Positions 49,212 through 59,982 are shown, numbered from the stretch's first letter. The stretch: DNA of 64,000 bases from Candidatus Bathyarchaeota archaeon (GCA_963777155.1 CAVZPM010000001.1:96001-160000), one strand, 5' to 3'. Numbers and translations: made by a program. Notes: a model not told the origin generated them from the sequence alone.

Positions 49212-49584
49212 CGGAAACAGTTACCACGTTACCATCTGCCAATCTTAAGTGCTTACGTAGATAAACCGGTGCAATAATCTCTAAAATATCGTTTGGGTAA
49301 TTGGGCATTATAGGAATCACTATTGCACACTCCAGCGTATCTATGGTTGCCTTGAAAAGAACACCAGGATAGTAACCTGCTTGCGGCTGAACCACTAAGC
49401 CTTCTGCCGTTTCAAGTAAACTTCTTTCAGCACTTTTTCTTGTTAAACGCAGGTTTAGGGTTCCCAAATACGGCGAAAAACCCAGTTTTTCCTCTATCTG
49501 TTGTTTAACCCAGGGCATTTCCAGAAATTTTTTTCCATTGCCCTCTCCTGAAGAAACAGTGCCCACAAAAACTAAGTTAGGCAA
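49201..49584 (-). CDS. ribK: CTP-dependent riboflavin kinase
   Basis: GTVSSGEGNG, PYLGTLN and EIIAPVYLR. Confidence 0.9.
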   Translation of the reverse strand: MPNLVFVGTVSSGEGNGKKFLEMPWVKQQIEEKLGFSPYLGTLNLRLTRKSAERSLLETAEGLVVQPQAGYYPGVLFKATIDTLECAIVIPIMPNYPNDILEIIAPVYLRKHLRLADGNVVTVSVNV

Positions 49585-49605
49585 AGCTGTGCCCTCAAAA
49601 ACGGG

Positions 49606-49968
49606 CTATTCTTTTAGTTCTTTTAGCCAATGAGCAACCGATTTCAAGATTGGATCAGATGATATCTCAACGACGGGAACAATCATCTTCTCCTTAGTCT
49701 CGATAATCTGCTGGTACTTGGGCATCATCGAATACCCCACAAAAGTCCAGTAAACCTTATGCTTCTCCAGAAGCTCCTTGGCAACTATAGCCGTTGAGGC
49801 TGTAAGAGGAAAATACAGGAAAACCACGCCGTCAACCCAGTACAGACCTGCAAGTTTGCCTCCAGCAATCACTGAAGTGAACCGAGCAATATCCTCTGGA
49901 GTGTTGAATCGGGTTTTCTCCATGATCACAATTTCTTGAAATGGTTCATAAGTAACAGCAACACCCAT
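49606..49968 (-). CDS. Conserved archaeal hypothetical protein
   Basis: 120-aa ORF upstream of ribK (LYWVDGVVF...VPVV). Confidence 0.65.
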   Translation of the reverse strand: MGVAVTYEPFQEIVIMEKTRFNTPEDIARFTSVIAGGKLAGLYWVDGVVFLYFPLTASTAIVAKELLEKHKVYWTFVGYSMMPKYQQIIETKEKMIVPVVEISSDPILKSVAHWLKELKE

Positions 49969-50171
49969 AACTTTTCACCGATAGCTAACTAACTGTGTTG
50001 GCGGTTCCCTTTATAATTTTGCCAACTCTAAGAGGAAGGTCAGTATTTGGCTAGAATAGACTATTAAAGAAAGTATTAGCTTTCAATATTGCGATAAGCT
50101 TTCTTTAGAAAAAGTTATAGCGTACGTGGACATTAAGCCATAACTAAATCAACTCATTGGATGGTTATCTC

Positions 50172-51257
50172 TTGCCTGAAATTCGCGTAGCACTCGTCGG
50201 CGTTGGCAACAGCGCTTCAGCCCTGATTCAGGGAACCCAATATTACAAGGACGCAAAAGAAGACACAACAGTACCCGGACTTATGCACGTGAACTATGGC
50301 GGTTACCACATTCGTGATATCCGTTTTGTAGCTGCTTTTGAAGTCAACAAAGACAAAATCGGAAAAGACCTCTCAGAAGCCATCTGGGTTAAACCTAACT
50401 GTTGCGAAAAATTCGCTGACGTTCCCAAACTCGGCGTCAAAGTCTCACCTGCACCAATTCTTGATGGTGTTGCGCCCCATATGCGAGAAACCTTCAACGT
50501 CTACGACGACGTCAAAACTTCAAAAGACAGCGTTGTCAAAATACTCAAAGAAGTCAAAACCCAAGTTCTCGTTAACTATCTGCCCGTCGGTAGCCACGAT
50601 GCAGTCCGATTCTACGCGCAATGTGCAATAGACGCTGGATGCGCATTCGTGAATTGTATGCCTGAATTCATCGGTTCTGATGCAACCAAAGAATGGCCTA
50701 AGAAATTCGAGGCAGCCGGGTTGCCAGTCTTGGGCGATGACATCAAAAGCCAAGTTGGCGCTACAATTCTGCACCGTACACTTGTTAGGCTTTGCCTAGA
50801 TCGTGGTGCCATTGTGGACGAAACTTACCAGTTGAATCTTGGTGGAGACACCGACTTCCAAAACATGACCGTTGAGGGGCGTCTTAAATCTAAACGCATC
50901 AGCAAGACTGAAGCTGTCACAAGCCTCGTACCTTACCCTCTGCCGACAAGAATCGGACCCTCAGATTTCGTGCCTTTCCTTAAGAACAAGAAAATATGCT
51001 ACCTATCGATTAAAACTCGTGCGTTCGGCGATCGACCCATAAGCATCAGTGCAAAACTCGAAGTTGAGGACTCCCCTAACAGTGCAGGCGTAGTTATTGA
51101 CCTTATACGCGCAGCAAAAATTGCCTTAGACCGCAAAATCGCTGGTACACTTCTTAGTATGTCAAGTTACGCATTTAAGCATCCGCCTGTTCAAGTGCCA
51201 GATTCACAGGCACGTCAATGGACGGAAGATTGGATAGCAGGCAAGCGTGAGCGCTAA
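50172..51257 (+). CDS. ino1: myo-Inositol-1-phosphate synthase
   Basis: GVGN, NYLPVGS, GDDIKSQVGAT, QLNLGG.TDF and DSPNSAG. Confidence 0.95.
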   Translation: MPEIRVALVGVGNSASALIQGTQYYKDAKEDTTVPGLMHVNYGGYHIRDIRFVAAFEVNKDKIGKDLSEAIWVKPNCCEKFADVPKLGVKVSPAPILDGVAPHMRETFNVYDDVKTSKDSVVKILKEVKTQVLVNYLPVGSHDAVRFYAQCAIDAGCAFVNCMPEFIGSDATKEWPKKFEAAGLPVLGDDIKSQVGATILHRTLVRLCLDRGAIVDETYQLNLGGDTDFQNMTVEGRLKSKRISKTEAVTSLVPYPLPTRIGPSDFVPFLKNKKICYLSIKTRAFGDRPISISAKLEVEDSPNSAGVVIDLIRAAKIALDRKIAGTLLSMSSYAFKHPPVQVPDSQARQWTEDWIAGKRER

Positions 51258-51332
51258 AATCTTTTCTTTTTGTTAAACCTTTTATGTTGGATGCTAATCT
51301 GGTAACTTAGCAACAATTAGAAGGTTCATGTC

Positions 51333-51749
51333 ATGGTAAAAGTTGAATCGTACGAAGTTCCAGAAGGTCTCTATTTCAGTAAAGATTTTGAATGGGTTAA
51401 AGTTGAAGGTGACAAAATTCGCATGGGCATCACCGACTATGCACAGAAGTCACTGCGAGAAATTGTGTATGCTGAATTGCCCAGTGTCGGAACAGAGGTA
51501 AAGCAAGGCGAGCCTTACGGAACCTTGGAATCTGTGAAAGCCGTCTCTGACCTTGTTGCGGCAATCAGTGGAACAATCCAAGAAGTTAACGATGAAGTCC
51601 AATCCAAACCTGAAACCCTAAACGAAGATCCCTATAGTAAAGGCTGGTTAATCGTCGTTAAACCATCCAACCTGCAGGCTGAACTAGCAAACATCATGGA
51701 TTTCAACGCTGCAGTTGAATGGCATAAAGCTCAAGCCCAACCCAAATAA
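51333..51749 (+). CDS. gcvH: Glycine cleavage system H protein (lipoyl carrier)
   Basis: GITDYAQ, ESVKAVSD (lipoyl Lys) and NEDPY..GW. Confidence 0.95.
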   Translation: MVKVESYEVPEGLYFSKDFEWVKVEGDKIRMGITDYAQKSLREIVYAELPSVGTEVKQGEPYGTLESVKAVSDLVAAISGTIQEVNDEVQSKPETLNEDPYSKGWLIVVKPSNLQAELANIMDFNAAVEWHKAQAQPK

Positions 51750-51761
51750 AGGCGAAGGAAA

Positions 51762-53108
51762 ATGGCGCGACGCGTAATCGTTATCGGCGCTAACGCAGCA
51801 GGCGTTGAAGCTGCCTCAGCTGCACGCAAAAAAGACCGCGCAGCAGAAATCACCCTCATAACCAACGAGAAGAATGCAGGCTACTCACGTTGCGGCTTGC
51901 CATTTGTCATCGGCGGACATATAGCGAATTTTTATGACTTGATAGTTTATCCACCAGCATACTTCCAGATGCTAAAACTCAACCTCCGCAACGAGACAAA
52001 AGCCACCGCAATCAACACGAAAGACAAAACCGTAACCATCGCCACAAAAGAAGGCGCCAGTGAAGTGTTACCATACGACAGCCTCGTGATTGCGACAGGT
52101 GCCGACTCCTTTATGCCGCCAATCAAAGGCAAAGAAAAACAGGGCATCCTAAGCCTCCGAGGCATTGAAGACGGTCAAAAAATCGATGCAGCCGTTAAAG
52201 CAGGTGCCAAATCAGCCGTCATCATGGGCGCAGGACTAATCGGCTTAGAAGTCGGAGTAGGTTTGATGGAGCGAGGACTAAAAGTTACAATCGTGGAAAT
52301 GCTACCCCAGATCTTACCACAATTGCTTGATGCGGATATGGCAAAGCTTGTTCAAGACCACCTACAAGAAAAGGGAATGGTTATTCTAACCAGTAAAGGC
52401 GTCGAAGAATTTTTGGGCGAAGAAAAAGTGACAGCTGTTATGGCTGGTGGAGAAAAAATCGAAGCTGACCTATTCATCAGCGCCTTTGGCGTACGCGCAA
52501 ACACCAAGCTTGCCGTGGACGCTGGTATCCCACTCGGCGAATCACGCGCCATCAAGACGAATGGCAGAATGGAAACCGACGTTAAAGATGTTTATGCCGT
52601 CGGCGACTGCGCGGAAGCACCCAACATCATCACCCACCGCCCAATGTGCGCACAACTCGGTACCATAGCAGTCCGCCAAGGCAAAGTTGCTGGTGCAAAC
52701 GCGGGAGGCGACTACAGCCAATTCAGCGGCGTTTTAGCTTCAGCTGTAACAAGACTCTTTGACGTTGAAGCCGGCAACACTGGCTTAACTGAGACTTCAG
52801 CTACACGTAACCGAATCGAAGTTGTCATCGGAGCAATAAGTAGCAAGACCAAAGCTGACTATTTCCCAGGCGCCAAACCTATCAAAGTCAAACTCATCGT
52901 CGAAAAAGAATCTCAACGCATCGTTGGAGGACAAGTCGTTGGGGGCGAAGAAGTCACTCAACGCATTAACTGTCTAAGCTTCGCCATCCAAAAAGGTATG
53001 ACGGTGCGTGAACTTGCTAAAGCAGACACCGCGTATGCACCGCCACTCTGCGAAACATGGGAACCAATGGTTCTCGCGGCAGAAATGGTCCTGATGAAAC
53101 TGCGTTAA
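51762..53108 (+). CDS. CoA-disulfide reductase/NADH oxidase-family flavoprotein
   Basis: YSRCGLP single-Cys centre, GAGLIGLE, GDC and YAPP. Confidence 0.88.
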   Translation: MARRVIVIGANAAGVEAASAARKKDRAAEITLITNEKNAGYSRCGLPFVIGGHIANFYDLIVYPPAYFQMLKLNLRNETKATAINTKDKTVTIATKEGASEVLPYDSLVIATGADSFMPPIKGKEKQGILSLRGIEDGQKIDAAVKAGAKSAVIMGAGLIGLEVGVGLMERGLKVTIVEMLPQILPQLLDADMAKLVQDHLQEKGMVILTSKGVEEFLGEEKVTAVMAGGEKIEADLFISAFGVRANTKLAVDAGIPLGESRAIKTNGRMETDVKDVYAVGDCAEAPNIITHRPMCAQLGTIAVRQGKVAGANAGGDYSQFSGVLASAVTRLFDVEAGNTGLTETSATRNRIEVVIGAISSKTKADYFPGAKPIKVKLIVEKESQRIVGGQVVGGEEVTQRINCLSFAIQKGMTVRELAKADTAYAPPLCETWEPMVLAAEMVLMKLR

Positions 53109-53121
53109 AGCAGTTTTTTTT

Positions 53122-53580
53122 TTATTCTATTTGAGAAGTTTCAGGCTGCGTGAATGGCTCTGTCATTCCGACTAGTAGCCTGCCGAAAGTGTTTATGTGG
53201 TCTTCTTCCTCAGCTAAAATCTCTTCCAGCAATCGTCTTGTGGTGTAGTCGCCTTCTCCTGCAGCAACTTGAATTGCTTGCTTGTAGAGTGTGATGGCTT
53301 TCTCTTCGTCCTGCTCATTCTGCTTTAACATTTCGATAAGGCTGCCACCAACAAAAATCGGATCAGGTTTGGTTGTAGATACGCCGTTTAGATAATCTAA
53401 GCGTTCTGCGAGGCGCTCGGCGTGTTTCATTTCCGCAATAGCGGTTTTACGGAAAATACCCTCTACCAATGCGCCGTCGGCTCCTGTGACTTGAACATGC
53501 TGCCACATATATTGAATGCTAACTTGAAGCTCGCGGGCTATGCCCTTGTTTAAAAAGTCCAAAAGTTTTTGAGAAACCAA
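53122..53580 (-). CDS. Bacterioferritin-like protein
   Basis: ELQVSIQYM, EMKHAE, EE.AI..Y and EEEDH ferroxidase motifs. Confidence 0.85.
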   Translation of the reverse strand: MVSQKLLDFLNKGIARELQVSIQYMWQHVQVTGADGALVEGIFRKTAIAEMKHAERLAERLDYLNGVSTTKPDPIFVGGSLIEMLKQNEQDEEKAITLYKQAIQVAAGEGDYTTRRLLEEILAEEEDHINTFGRLLVGMTEPFTQPETSQIE

Positions 53581-53704
53581 AATTATCCCTAACAAAAAAT
53601 ACTCTGCTTAGATATTTAAATCAAACCCCAAACCCACAAACGAAGATTATTCCAATAATTCTTTATAATTGCTCTATACCAATAGAGCTGTGGGAAAATA
53701 GCGG

Positions 53705-54262
53705 ATGAAAGCTCTAATTATTTACGGAACACGTTACGGTGCAACAACTAGTACGTCCGAGGAAATCGCCAAAGTCCTACAAAGTGAAGGTTTAGACGTC
53801 AAAGTCATCAACGCCAAAGAAGAGAAAGTCAAAGACATCTCCCCCTATGAGCTCTTAATCGTTGGCAGCGGAATGCAATTTGGAAGGTGGACAGGTGAAG
53901 CCGAAGATTTCCTGAAAAGATTTCAAAAAGAGCTTGTCCAGAAAAAAGTGGCGCTTTTTATTTCAACTATGAAAACTGTAACTGAACGGGAAGGAAAAAT
54001 GGATGAACTAAAGAAGACTCGAAAGATGGAGCTCGAAGATAAAGTTGTTAAGTACAATCTTCAGCCAATCAGTTTGGGCTTCTTTGGCGGTGTTTTAGAC
54101 TTCAATAAAATGAACATAATTACTAGAAGAACCCTTGGTTTCCTTAGACCTCAGTTGGAAAAGGATGGTTTCAAGGAGTCGCCCTCTGGAGTTTATGAGT
54201 TGCGTGATTGGGAAGAAATCCGCGTATGGACCAAAGAGCTAGCGGTTAAAGCAAAACAATAG
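53705..54262 (+). CDS. Flavodoxin-domain protein (HemG-like)
   Basis: IYGTRYGAT, FFGG.LD and RDWEEIR.W. Confidence 0.85.
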   Translation: MKALIIYGTRYGATTSTSEEIAKVLQSEGLDVKVINAKEEKVKDISPYELLIVGSGMQFGRWTGEAEDFLKRFQKELVQKKVALFISTMKTVTEREGKMDELKKTRKMELEDKVVKYNLQPISLGFFGGVLDFNKMNIITRRTLGFLRPQLEKDGFKESPSGVYELRDWEEIRVWTKELAVKAKQ

Positions 54263-54344
54263 TCTGTACGTCCATTTTTTTATAACAAACTGTAAACAAT
54301 ATTCTTTAGCCAAATCAGCCTATTTTTGTCTCGAAGGTTATGAG

Positions 54345-54773
54345 ATGAGGCAGAAACTGACTTTGATAACACTGGGAGTATCCGATTTGGAGAGAGCGGT
54401 TAATTTTTATGAGAAAGGTCTCGGATGGAAAAAATCTGCACAGAGTACCGGAGATTTGGTGCTGTTTTCTCTTGGCGGACTGGCCTTAGCTTTGTATCCA
54501 CGAAAACTGCTTGCTGAAGATGCGAGGGTTGATGAGGCAGGGAGCGGATTTTCCGGAGTTACTCTTTCCCATCTTGCAAAGAGTGAGGCAGAAGTAGATG
54601 CAGTGTTAGCTGAAGTGGAAAAGTTGGGTGCAACAGTGGTTAAGCGGGCTCAAAAGGTCTTCTGGGGTGGGTATAGCGGTTATTTCAAGGATCCGGATGG
54701 TCACTTGATTGAAGTTGCTTACAATCCGTATTGGGAGTTAAATGAAAATGGGGACCTAAGGCTGCCCCTTTGA
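54345..54773 (+). CDS. VOC/glyoxalase-family protein
   Basis: ITLGVSDLERA..FYE and FWGGYSGYF.DPDGHLIEVAYNP. Confidence 0.92.
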   Translation: MRQKLTLITLGVSDLERAVNFYEKGLGWKKSAQSTGDLVLFSLGGLALALYPRKLLAEDARVDEAGSGFSGVTLSHLAKSEAEVDAVLAEVEKLGATVVKRAQKVFWGGYSGYFKDPDGHLIEVAYNPYWELNENGDLRLPL

Positions 54774-54788
54774 TCCCTATTACTGCCC

Positions 54789-55481
54789 TTATGGTGTAAT
54801 GGGTTCTTCATCAATAATTTTCTTCTCTGTTTCCTTTGGCTTCTTTGTTTGGCCCCGAATTATGGGGATGACAAACTCAAGAACCACGAGCAAAAGAATA
54901 AGTCCAATTACCAAAGGTAAACCCCAGTGGTTTCCATTTAGAAAAAGAGTAATCCAGCCAAAGTATGGAATACGCATAACGACCTTGCCCAATACAAGAT
55001 CTTGAGGAACGCCCTGTCCAGTAGTCCAAAGAGTGTTTGAATCGTATTCTCCAACAGTTGGCTGTGTTGGCCATCTGTCTGAACCGTTGCCGTCACCCTT
55101 TGTTTGGAAGTAAAGCGTCCCGTTGATATTTTGTACTTTAACAATGCGGTGAACTATGGGGGTTGCCGACGGGTCTGTCGGTTTTTGATAAACAATTATA
55201 TCGCTGTTGGGATAGTTTGCGTTTAAGTCAGCGGGTTTTATTTTTTGGATGATTATTATGTCTCCTACGTGTAGAGTGTGGGCAAATGGATGGCTCCAGC
55301 CGTTACATGCGCTGTCGTAGGGGACGCACATGCTGCCGCTTTCCACAACTCTAACTGGAACAGAACTGCCGAGAACTAGTTGTAAACCAAAAAAGAACCC
55401 TAAAACTGCAGCAATAATCAATCCGATAACGATCGCCGATTTGACGTATTCATTTCGCCAAATTCTTGTAACTATACTCAA
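54789..55481 (-). CDS. Signal peptidase I (archaeal Sec11 type)
   Basis: VVESGSM, GD, IVHR and TKGD. Confidence 0.9.
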   Translation of the reverse strand: MSIVTRIWRNEYVKSAIVIGLIIAAVLGFFFGLQLVLGSSVPVRVVESGSMCVPYDSACNGWSHPFAHTLHVGDIIIIQKIKPADLNANYPNSDIIVYQKPTDPSATPIVHRIVKVQNINGTLYFQTKGDGNGSDRWPTQPTVGEYDSNTLWTTGQGVPQDLVLGKVVMRIPYFGWITLFLNGNHWGLPLVIGLILLLVVLEFVIPIIRGQTKKPKETEKKIIDEEPITP

Positions 55482-55589
55482 GGTTGCGCCTTCGATTGTT
55501 AGTTCCCATAGAAAAAGAAAACAGCATTAATAAACCAACTTCTTTCTCAGAAATAGCAAACAAAAAATAGCTCCTGACAAAGCTTTCTT

Positions 55590-56792
55590 TTGGTCAGCAT
55601 GGCTAGGAGTAAATGGACAAAAGCTTTCTTTCTGGTAATCTGCATAATGGGTTTTTTTGCAATCCTTAGCTCAACCATGTCAAAAAACCCTGTCCTGAAA
55701 CCCTTCGCTTCCAGTCTAGGAACCCCTGGCGACTTGCTAGGTATAGTGGCTTCTGCTTCAACTATCCCCGGCATACTGATCAGTTTACCCGCTGCGTCAC
55801 TCTCCGACGTGTTTGGTAGACGAAAGGTCGTATTGTTTGCTGCCTTTGTTTTTGCATCTGCACCTTTCTTGTATTTAGGCGTTAATTCTTGGTGGACTCT
55901 GTCGCTTGTGCGTTTTTACCATGGGTTTGCAACAGCAATCTTCATGCCTGTGGCTGAAGCATCGATTGCGGCAATGTTCCCAACCAAGCGGGGGGAACGC
56001 ATTTCGCTTTTTAACTCCTTTAGCGCTGTAGGCAGAGCCTTAGCACCGTTTTTAGGCGGCTACATACTGTTTGCAACAAACAGTAGTTTTTTCACCCTTT
56101 ATGTTTCCGTAGGAATTGCTGGAGTAACCGCTTTTGTAATTGCACTGCTTTTCTTGGCTGAGAAAAAAACTCATTTAACTGAATTCGCTCCTGAGGTAAA
56201 GTCACCCAGAAAAATGTTCAGCGGCTGGCTAACAATAATCAAAAACACTAGCGTTTTGGGCGTCAGCTTTGTTCAGGCGATTCAGTATTATGTGTTTGGT
56301 TCAGTTGAGTTCTTCTTAGTAGGATACCTAACTGAGGTTGTGAAGTTGGATCTTTTTTCCGTAGGAATCATTACAGGTAGCGAGATAGTTGCGCTTGTTA
56401 TTGCCCGACCACTGGTCGGAAGAGTCTCGGATAGGATAGGCAGAACTAAACCAATATTGGCTGGAATCGTAGCCAGCTGCGTCTTAGTTGCAGCGTTCCC
56501 TTTCACAACGCAGTTTCCTATGCTACTTTTGATAGCGGTTGGTTATGGGATTTCGTTTGCTACTGTATTGTCGTCAACTTCACCTATGGTGGCTGATTTG
56601 GTGCCTTGTACTTTGGTGGGGGCTTCGATGGGTTTCTTGTCAACTATGATGGATGTTGGTCAAACAATCGGACCTATAGTTAGTGGTGTAATCTTCGCTA
56701 CTAGCCTTCATTATGCAGGGTTATTCCTTTCACTTAGCCTAATGCTGATAGTTTCAATCGTAATCTTCGTTTTGCCAAAAAAGAGACGGTAA
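55590..56792 (+). CDS. MFS transporter
   Basis: LSDVFGRR and VSDRIGR motif A; about 12 TM helices. Confidence 0.92.
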   Translation: MVSMARSKWTKAFFLVICIMGFFAILSSTMSKNPVLKPFASSLGTPGDLLGIVASASTIPGILISLPAASLSDVFGRRKVVLFAAFVFASAPFLYLGVNSWWTLSLVRFYHGFATAIFMPVAEASIAAMFPTKRGERISLFNSFSAVGRALAPFLGGYILFATNSSFFTLYVSVGIAGVTAFVIALLFLAEKKTHLTEFAPEVKSPRKMFSGWLTIIKNTSVLGVSFVQAIQYYVFGSVEFFLVGYLTEVVKLDLFSVGIITGSEIVALVIARPLVGRVSDRIGRTKPILAGIVASCVLVAAFPFTTQFPMLLLIAVGYGISFATVLSSTSPMVADLVPCTLVGASMGFLSTMMDVGQTIGPIVSGVIFATSLHYAGLFLSLSLMLIVSIVIFVLPKKRR

Positions 56793-56800
56793 AACTGCCC

Positions 56801-57466
56801 TCAAAACTGTTTTCTTTCAAACAAAACAACGGCTACGGTAAGGAGGGCAATTGAGACTGCTGCTGCTAAGCCTACAGTGAATAAGTCTGCTTGAGGCAAG
56901 TTGAGTAATGTTGGGATTAGCGGGATCACAGATATTTGGTTTCCTCCATAAATGACCAGTATGGCTCCAACGAGCACCGATGGGGCGGCGACACCGATTA
57001 GTACGCCTGCTGAGCACGATACTGCAATCATTGAGAGGCTTATGGCTAAGGACTGAGCTGTGTCTTGGAATACTGTGGCTGAGAGTGCACCAGAAGTAAA
57101 GTAATCTGCGGTTACACCCACAAAGATAGCAATAAAACTCGCAACTGCAACACAAGTATAAACCGAGAAGAATTTGGAGAGCATTATGTCTCTTCTTTTT
57201 AGCGGTCTTATCAGGAACAACTCGTAAACATGCCTGTTCTTCTCGTTGATTATGGAGACCGCAAGCATGACAGCTGCCAGGGTTCCTGCGAGGCTTGAGA
57301 CTATTAGGGCAGAGATAACTGTGAAGGGTATTGCTTGTCCTGTGGTACTGGACTGTATGAAGCGGAATAAGAGCGCAACGATGGGCAAGCCTATCCAGAG
57401 GAAAAGCATTACCTTGGACTTGTAGAAGCCCCGCAACTCGTCGATGTAGAGCAACTGCAGTTTCAT
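56801..57466 (-). CDS. ABC-2-type transporter permease
   Basis: About six TM helices, I.NEK...ELFL.RP.KR....SKF. Confidence 0.8.
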   Translation of the reverse strand: MKLQLLYIDELRGFYKSKVMLFLWIGLPIVALLFRFIQSSTTGQAIPFTVISALIVSSLAGTLAAVMLAVSIINEKNRHVYELFLIRPLKRRDIMLSKFFSVYTCVAVASFIAIFVGVTADYFTSGALSATVFQDTAQSLAISLSMIAVSCSAGVLIGVAAPSVLVGAILVIYGGNQISVIPLIPTLLNLPQADLFTVGLAAAVSIALLTVAVVLFERKQF

Positions 57467-58431
57467 GCTTTCTCCTCCTTCTGCACATAGTTGAGGTAGA
57501 TTTCATCCAGCGAAGGCGACAACATGCCAATGCTACTTATTCGAATGCCCAATTCTACTATTTTTTTGACTACGTCGTTTAGGACTTGGTCCTCGTCGGC
57601 GCCCGCTTGAAGGTAAACTAAGACTCTGCTCGGCGAAGGCTGCTCAACCTTGCTTACGTTCTTAACCGTGCCCAGCATCTGCCACTTATCACTCGCATGC
57701 GAGAGGAACACTTCGACGATTTTTTGGCTATAAAGCTGATTTTTAAGCTCATTCATGGAGCCAACCATCTTTATTCTTCCACGGTTGAGGATTCCAATTC
57801 GGTCAGCCACATCTTGAACATCGCTTAGGATATGCGACGAAAACAGGATGGTCGTACCGTCTTTTGCGAGTTTTAGTACAATCTCCTTGAATTGGTGGCG
57901 GCTCAAAGGGTCAAGTCCACCTAACGGTTCATCCATAACTAAGAGTTTGGGGTTATGCAAAAGCGCCTGTGCTAAACCAACTTTCTGGGTCATGCCGCCG
58001 GACAACTGAGAAATCTTTTTGTGCCGCACATCCGCTAAACCCAGCAACTCAAGGGTTTTGGGAATGCGATCCTCAACCTCTATTTCGGTAAGTCCGGAAA
58101 GTTTCCCAAAGGTCTTAAGCGCATGGTTAACGGTTCGCCACTCTTGGAAAGCCACGCTTTGAGGAAGATACCCCAGTAGCTTGTGGGCCTCAAGCTTCTG
58201 CTTTGGCAACTGGTATTGGCCTATTTTGACTTCTCCCCAAAAATCGTTGATTAACCCAACCAGAATCTTCAGGGTAGTTGTTTTTCCTGCACCGTTGGGA
58301 CCAATGTACCCAAAGATTTCCCCTTCATTAATTTCAAAAGACACACGATCCAGAGCGCGGATGCCAATGTAGTCTTTGGTTACCTCCCGAAGCACCACAC
58401 ATGCTTTGCCGTTTGGGGAATCGTTCGCCAT
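57463..58431 (-). CDS. ABC transporter ATP-binding protein
   Basis: GPNGAGKTT, LSGG, DEP and SSH. Confidence 0.95.
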   Translation of the reverse strand: MANDSPNGKACVVLREVTKDYIGIRALDRVSFEINEGEIFGYIGPNGAGKTTTLKILVGLINDFWGEVKIGQYQLPKQKLEAHKLLGYLPQSVAFQEWRTVNHALKTFGKLSGLTEIEVEDRIPKTLELLGLADVRHKKISQLSGGMTQKVGLAQALLHNPKLLVMDEPLGGLDPLSRHQFKEIVLKLAKDGTTILFSSHILSDVQDVADRIGILNRGRIKMVGSMNELKNQLYSQKIVEVFLSHASDKWQMLGTVKNVSKVEQPSPSRVLVYLQAGADEDQVLNDVVKKIVELGIRISSIGMLSPSLDEIYLNYVQKEEKA

Positions 58432-58452
58432 CTTAATCAGCTGTTATTCACA

Positions 58453-59808
58453 TTATTCTATGCTTTCTCTTTTTATGCTCTTCGAAAGAAATTTCTCTTT
58501 TACACCCTTCAAAACCAATGGCGCCACTAAACTCAAAGCTATCAAAACGAAACCTGCATAATGAAGCGGCACAAAATAGCCACTCATGGGTCCAGAAAAC
58601 ACATCAAATGGATAGTAAGTAACGGAATCCACCCCAAAAGACGCAAACCCCACCCACTTAAGCAGAAACATCATACTTTCAATCAAAGAGGAAAATAGCA
58701 AAACACCCCCAACTCCGACAAGAGCGGGCTTAACTAAACTGGCCTTCTTTTTCCAATCCTTCGACGAAATTAACAGACTGCCTTTTGCGGCAAGTGAAGC
58801 TGCTAGAAAACAGTAGAAGGGCAGGGCAAAATAGTTGTATTTGAAAACGCTGACATAGGGTACCGTTAGATGCAATCCGAAGACCAAGAGCAGGTTCAAA
58901 CCCGCAACTACCCCAATAGTTCCCACGCAAACGGCGTCCAGCCACAGATTTTTCGCCAGAACCTTCCTGTAGAGGATTGTTAGCGCTAAAGAAAAAAGTC
59001 CTGCGGCAAATAGTAGCCATCCAGCACTATTCACAAGAATTATGGGCAAGAATAATGGATTGGCATTAGCCACAAGTACTGGGTGGGTTATGTCACTGCT
59101 GAAATATACTCCGAAGAAGTTTTGGTTGGCAAATCCTCCAAACCAGATTGCCTGCGAAAGTAGAGTAGGTAAAATGAAAACCAGTATTTTTCGCAACGAA
59201 AGGTTGAATCCTGTCTCTTTTTTCTGGAAAAAAATTATCAATAACATGGGAACAAGCATGAACACCGCAAACAATTTAGTCAATAGAGCCGTGGCGAAAA
59301 AGATCCCTGAAGCCAGCAGTAGCTTTTTTGAGTTTTTACGGATAGCCAAAAACCCCGTAATTAAGAAGAGTAGACTGAAGAACAAGCTTTGGTTGTCGAT
59401 GAGAAAAATCCTTGATATGTAAACGTGCCAGGGTACGAGACCAAAAAGAGCGGCTCCAACCATCCCTGTTTGTTTGCTATACAACAAGGCACCCAACGCA
59501 TAAATGAGCAGAACGCAGCCCAGCCCAAAAGCCGTCGCGACGCCGACCCCGTTTAGGTAGGTCAATCCAAATGCGTGGAAGGCGGGGGCATCCATGTAGA
59601 AGCCAAGGGGCGGTTGATTAATCATAAGCCCATTATTGACATAAGGAAAGCCCTGAGTAACCACGCTTGAAGCAGCTTGGAACTCGAGTTGGGCATCCCA
59701 GTTGGTGTAGGTGCCCGTTGACACTGTAATTAGGAAGGAACCAAGTAGAACTCCGATTATTGGGTAGTGCGCATCCACACTGGATCTAAAACTTTTCTTT
59801 TCCACCAA
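58453..59808 (-). CDS. GT-C membrane glycosyltransferase (PMT/ArnT-like)
   Basis: WD, NQPPLG, SR.FLID and A.LTK motifs; polytopic. Confidence 0.8.
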   Translation of the reverse strand: MVEKKSFRSSVDAHYPIIGVLLGSFLITVSTGTYTNWDAQLEFQAASSVVTQGFPYVNNGLMINQPPLGFYMDAPAFHAFGLTYLNGVGVATAFGLGCVLLIYALGALLYSKQTGMVGAALFGLVPWHVYISRIFLIDNQSLFFSLLFLITGFLAIRKNSKKLLLASGIFFATALLTKLFAVFMLVPMLLIIFFQKKETGFNLSLRKILVFILPTLLSQAIWFGGFANQNFFGVYFSSDITHPVLVANANPLFLPIILVNSAGWLLFAAGLFSLALTILYRKVLAKNLWLDAVCVGTIGVVAGLNLLLVFGLHLTVPYVSVFKYNYFALPFYCFLAASLAAKGSLLISSKDWKKKASLVKPALVGVGGVLLFSSLIESMMFLLKWVGFASFGVDSVTYYPFDVFSGPMSGYFVPLHYAGFVLIALSLVAPLVLKGVKEKFLSKSIKRESIE

Positions 59809-59982
59809 TGCTTCTCCAGCAATAGCATCTACTGTTTAACGTTTTAAAATTTCCCCAATCAACCCATAACAACCTTGCTGCACCAGCTACTTAGTAAATG
59901 GACTTGATCGGCTAATAATCTTGGCTCTGCTCTTTTTCCAGGTTCGTATCAGTGAAATATTAACTTTGTACGAGTTTTAAGA

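Noticed and set aside
56817-57530. 237-aa alternative-frame ORF overlapping the ABC permease
   Set aside because: Arg/Cys/His-rich shadow frame with no motifs; the permease frame explains the region.
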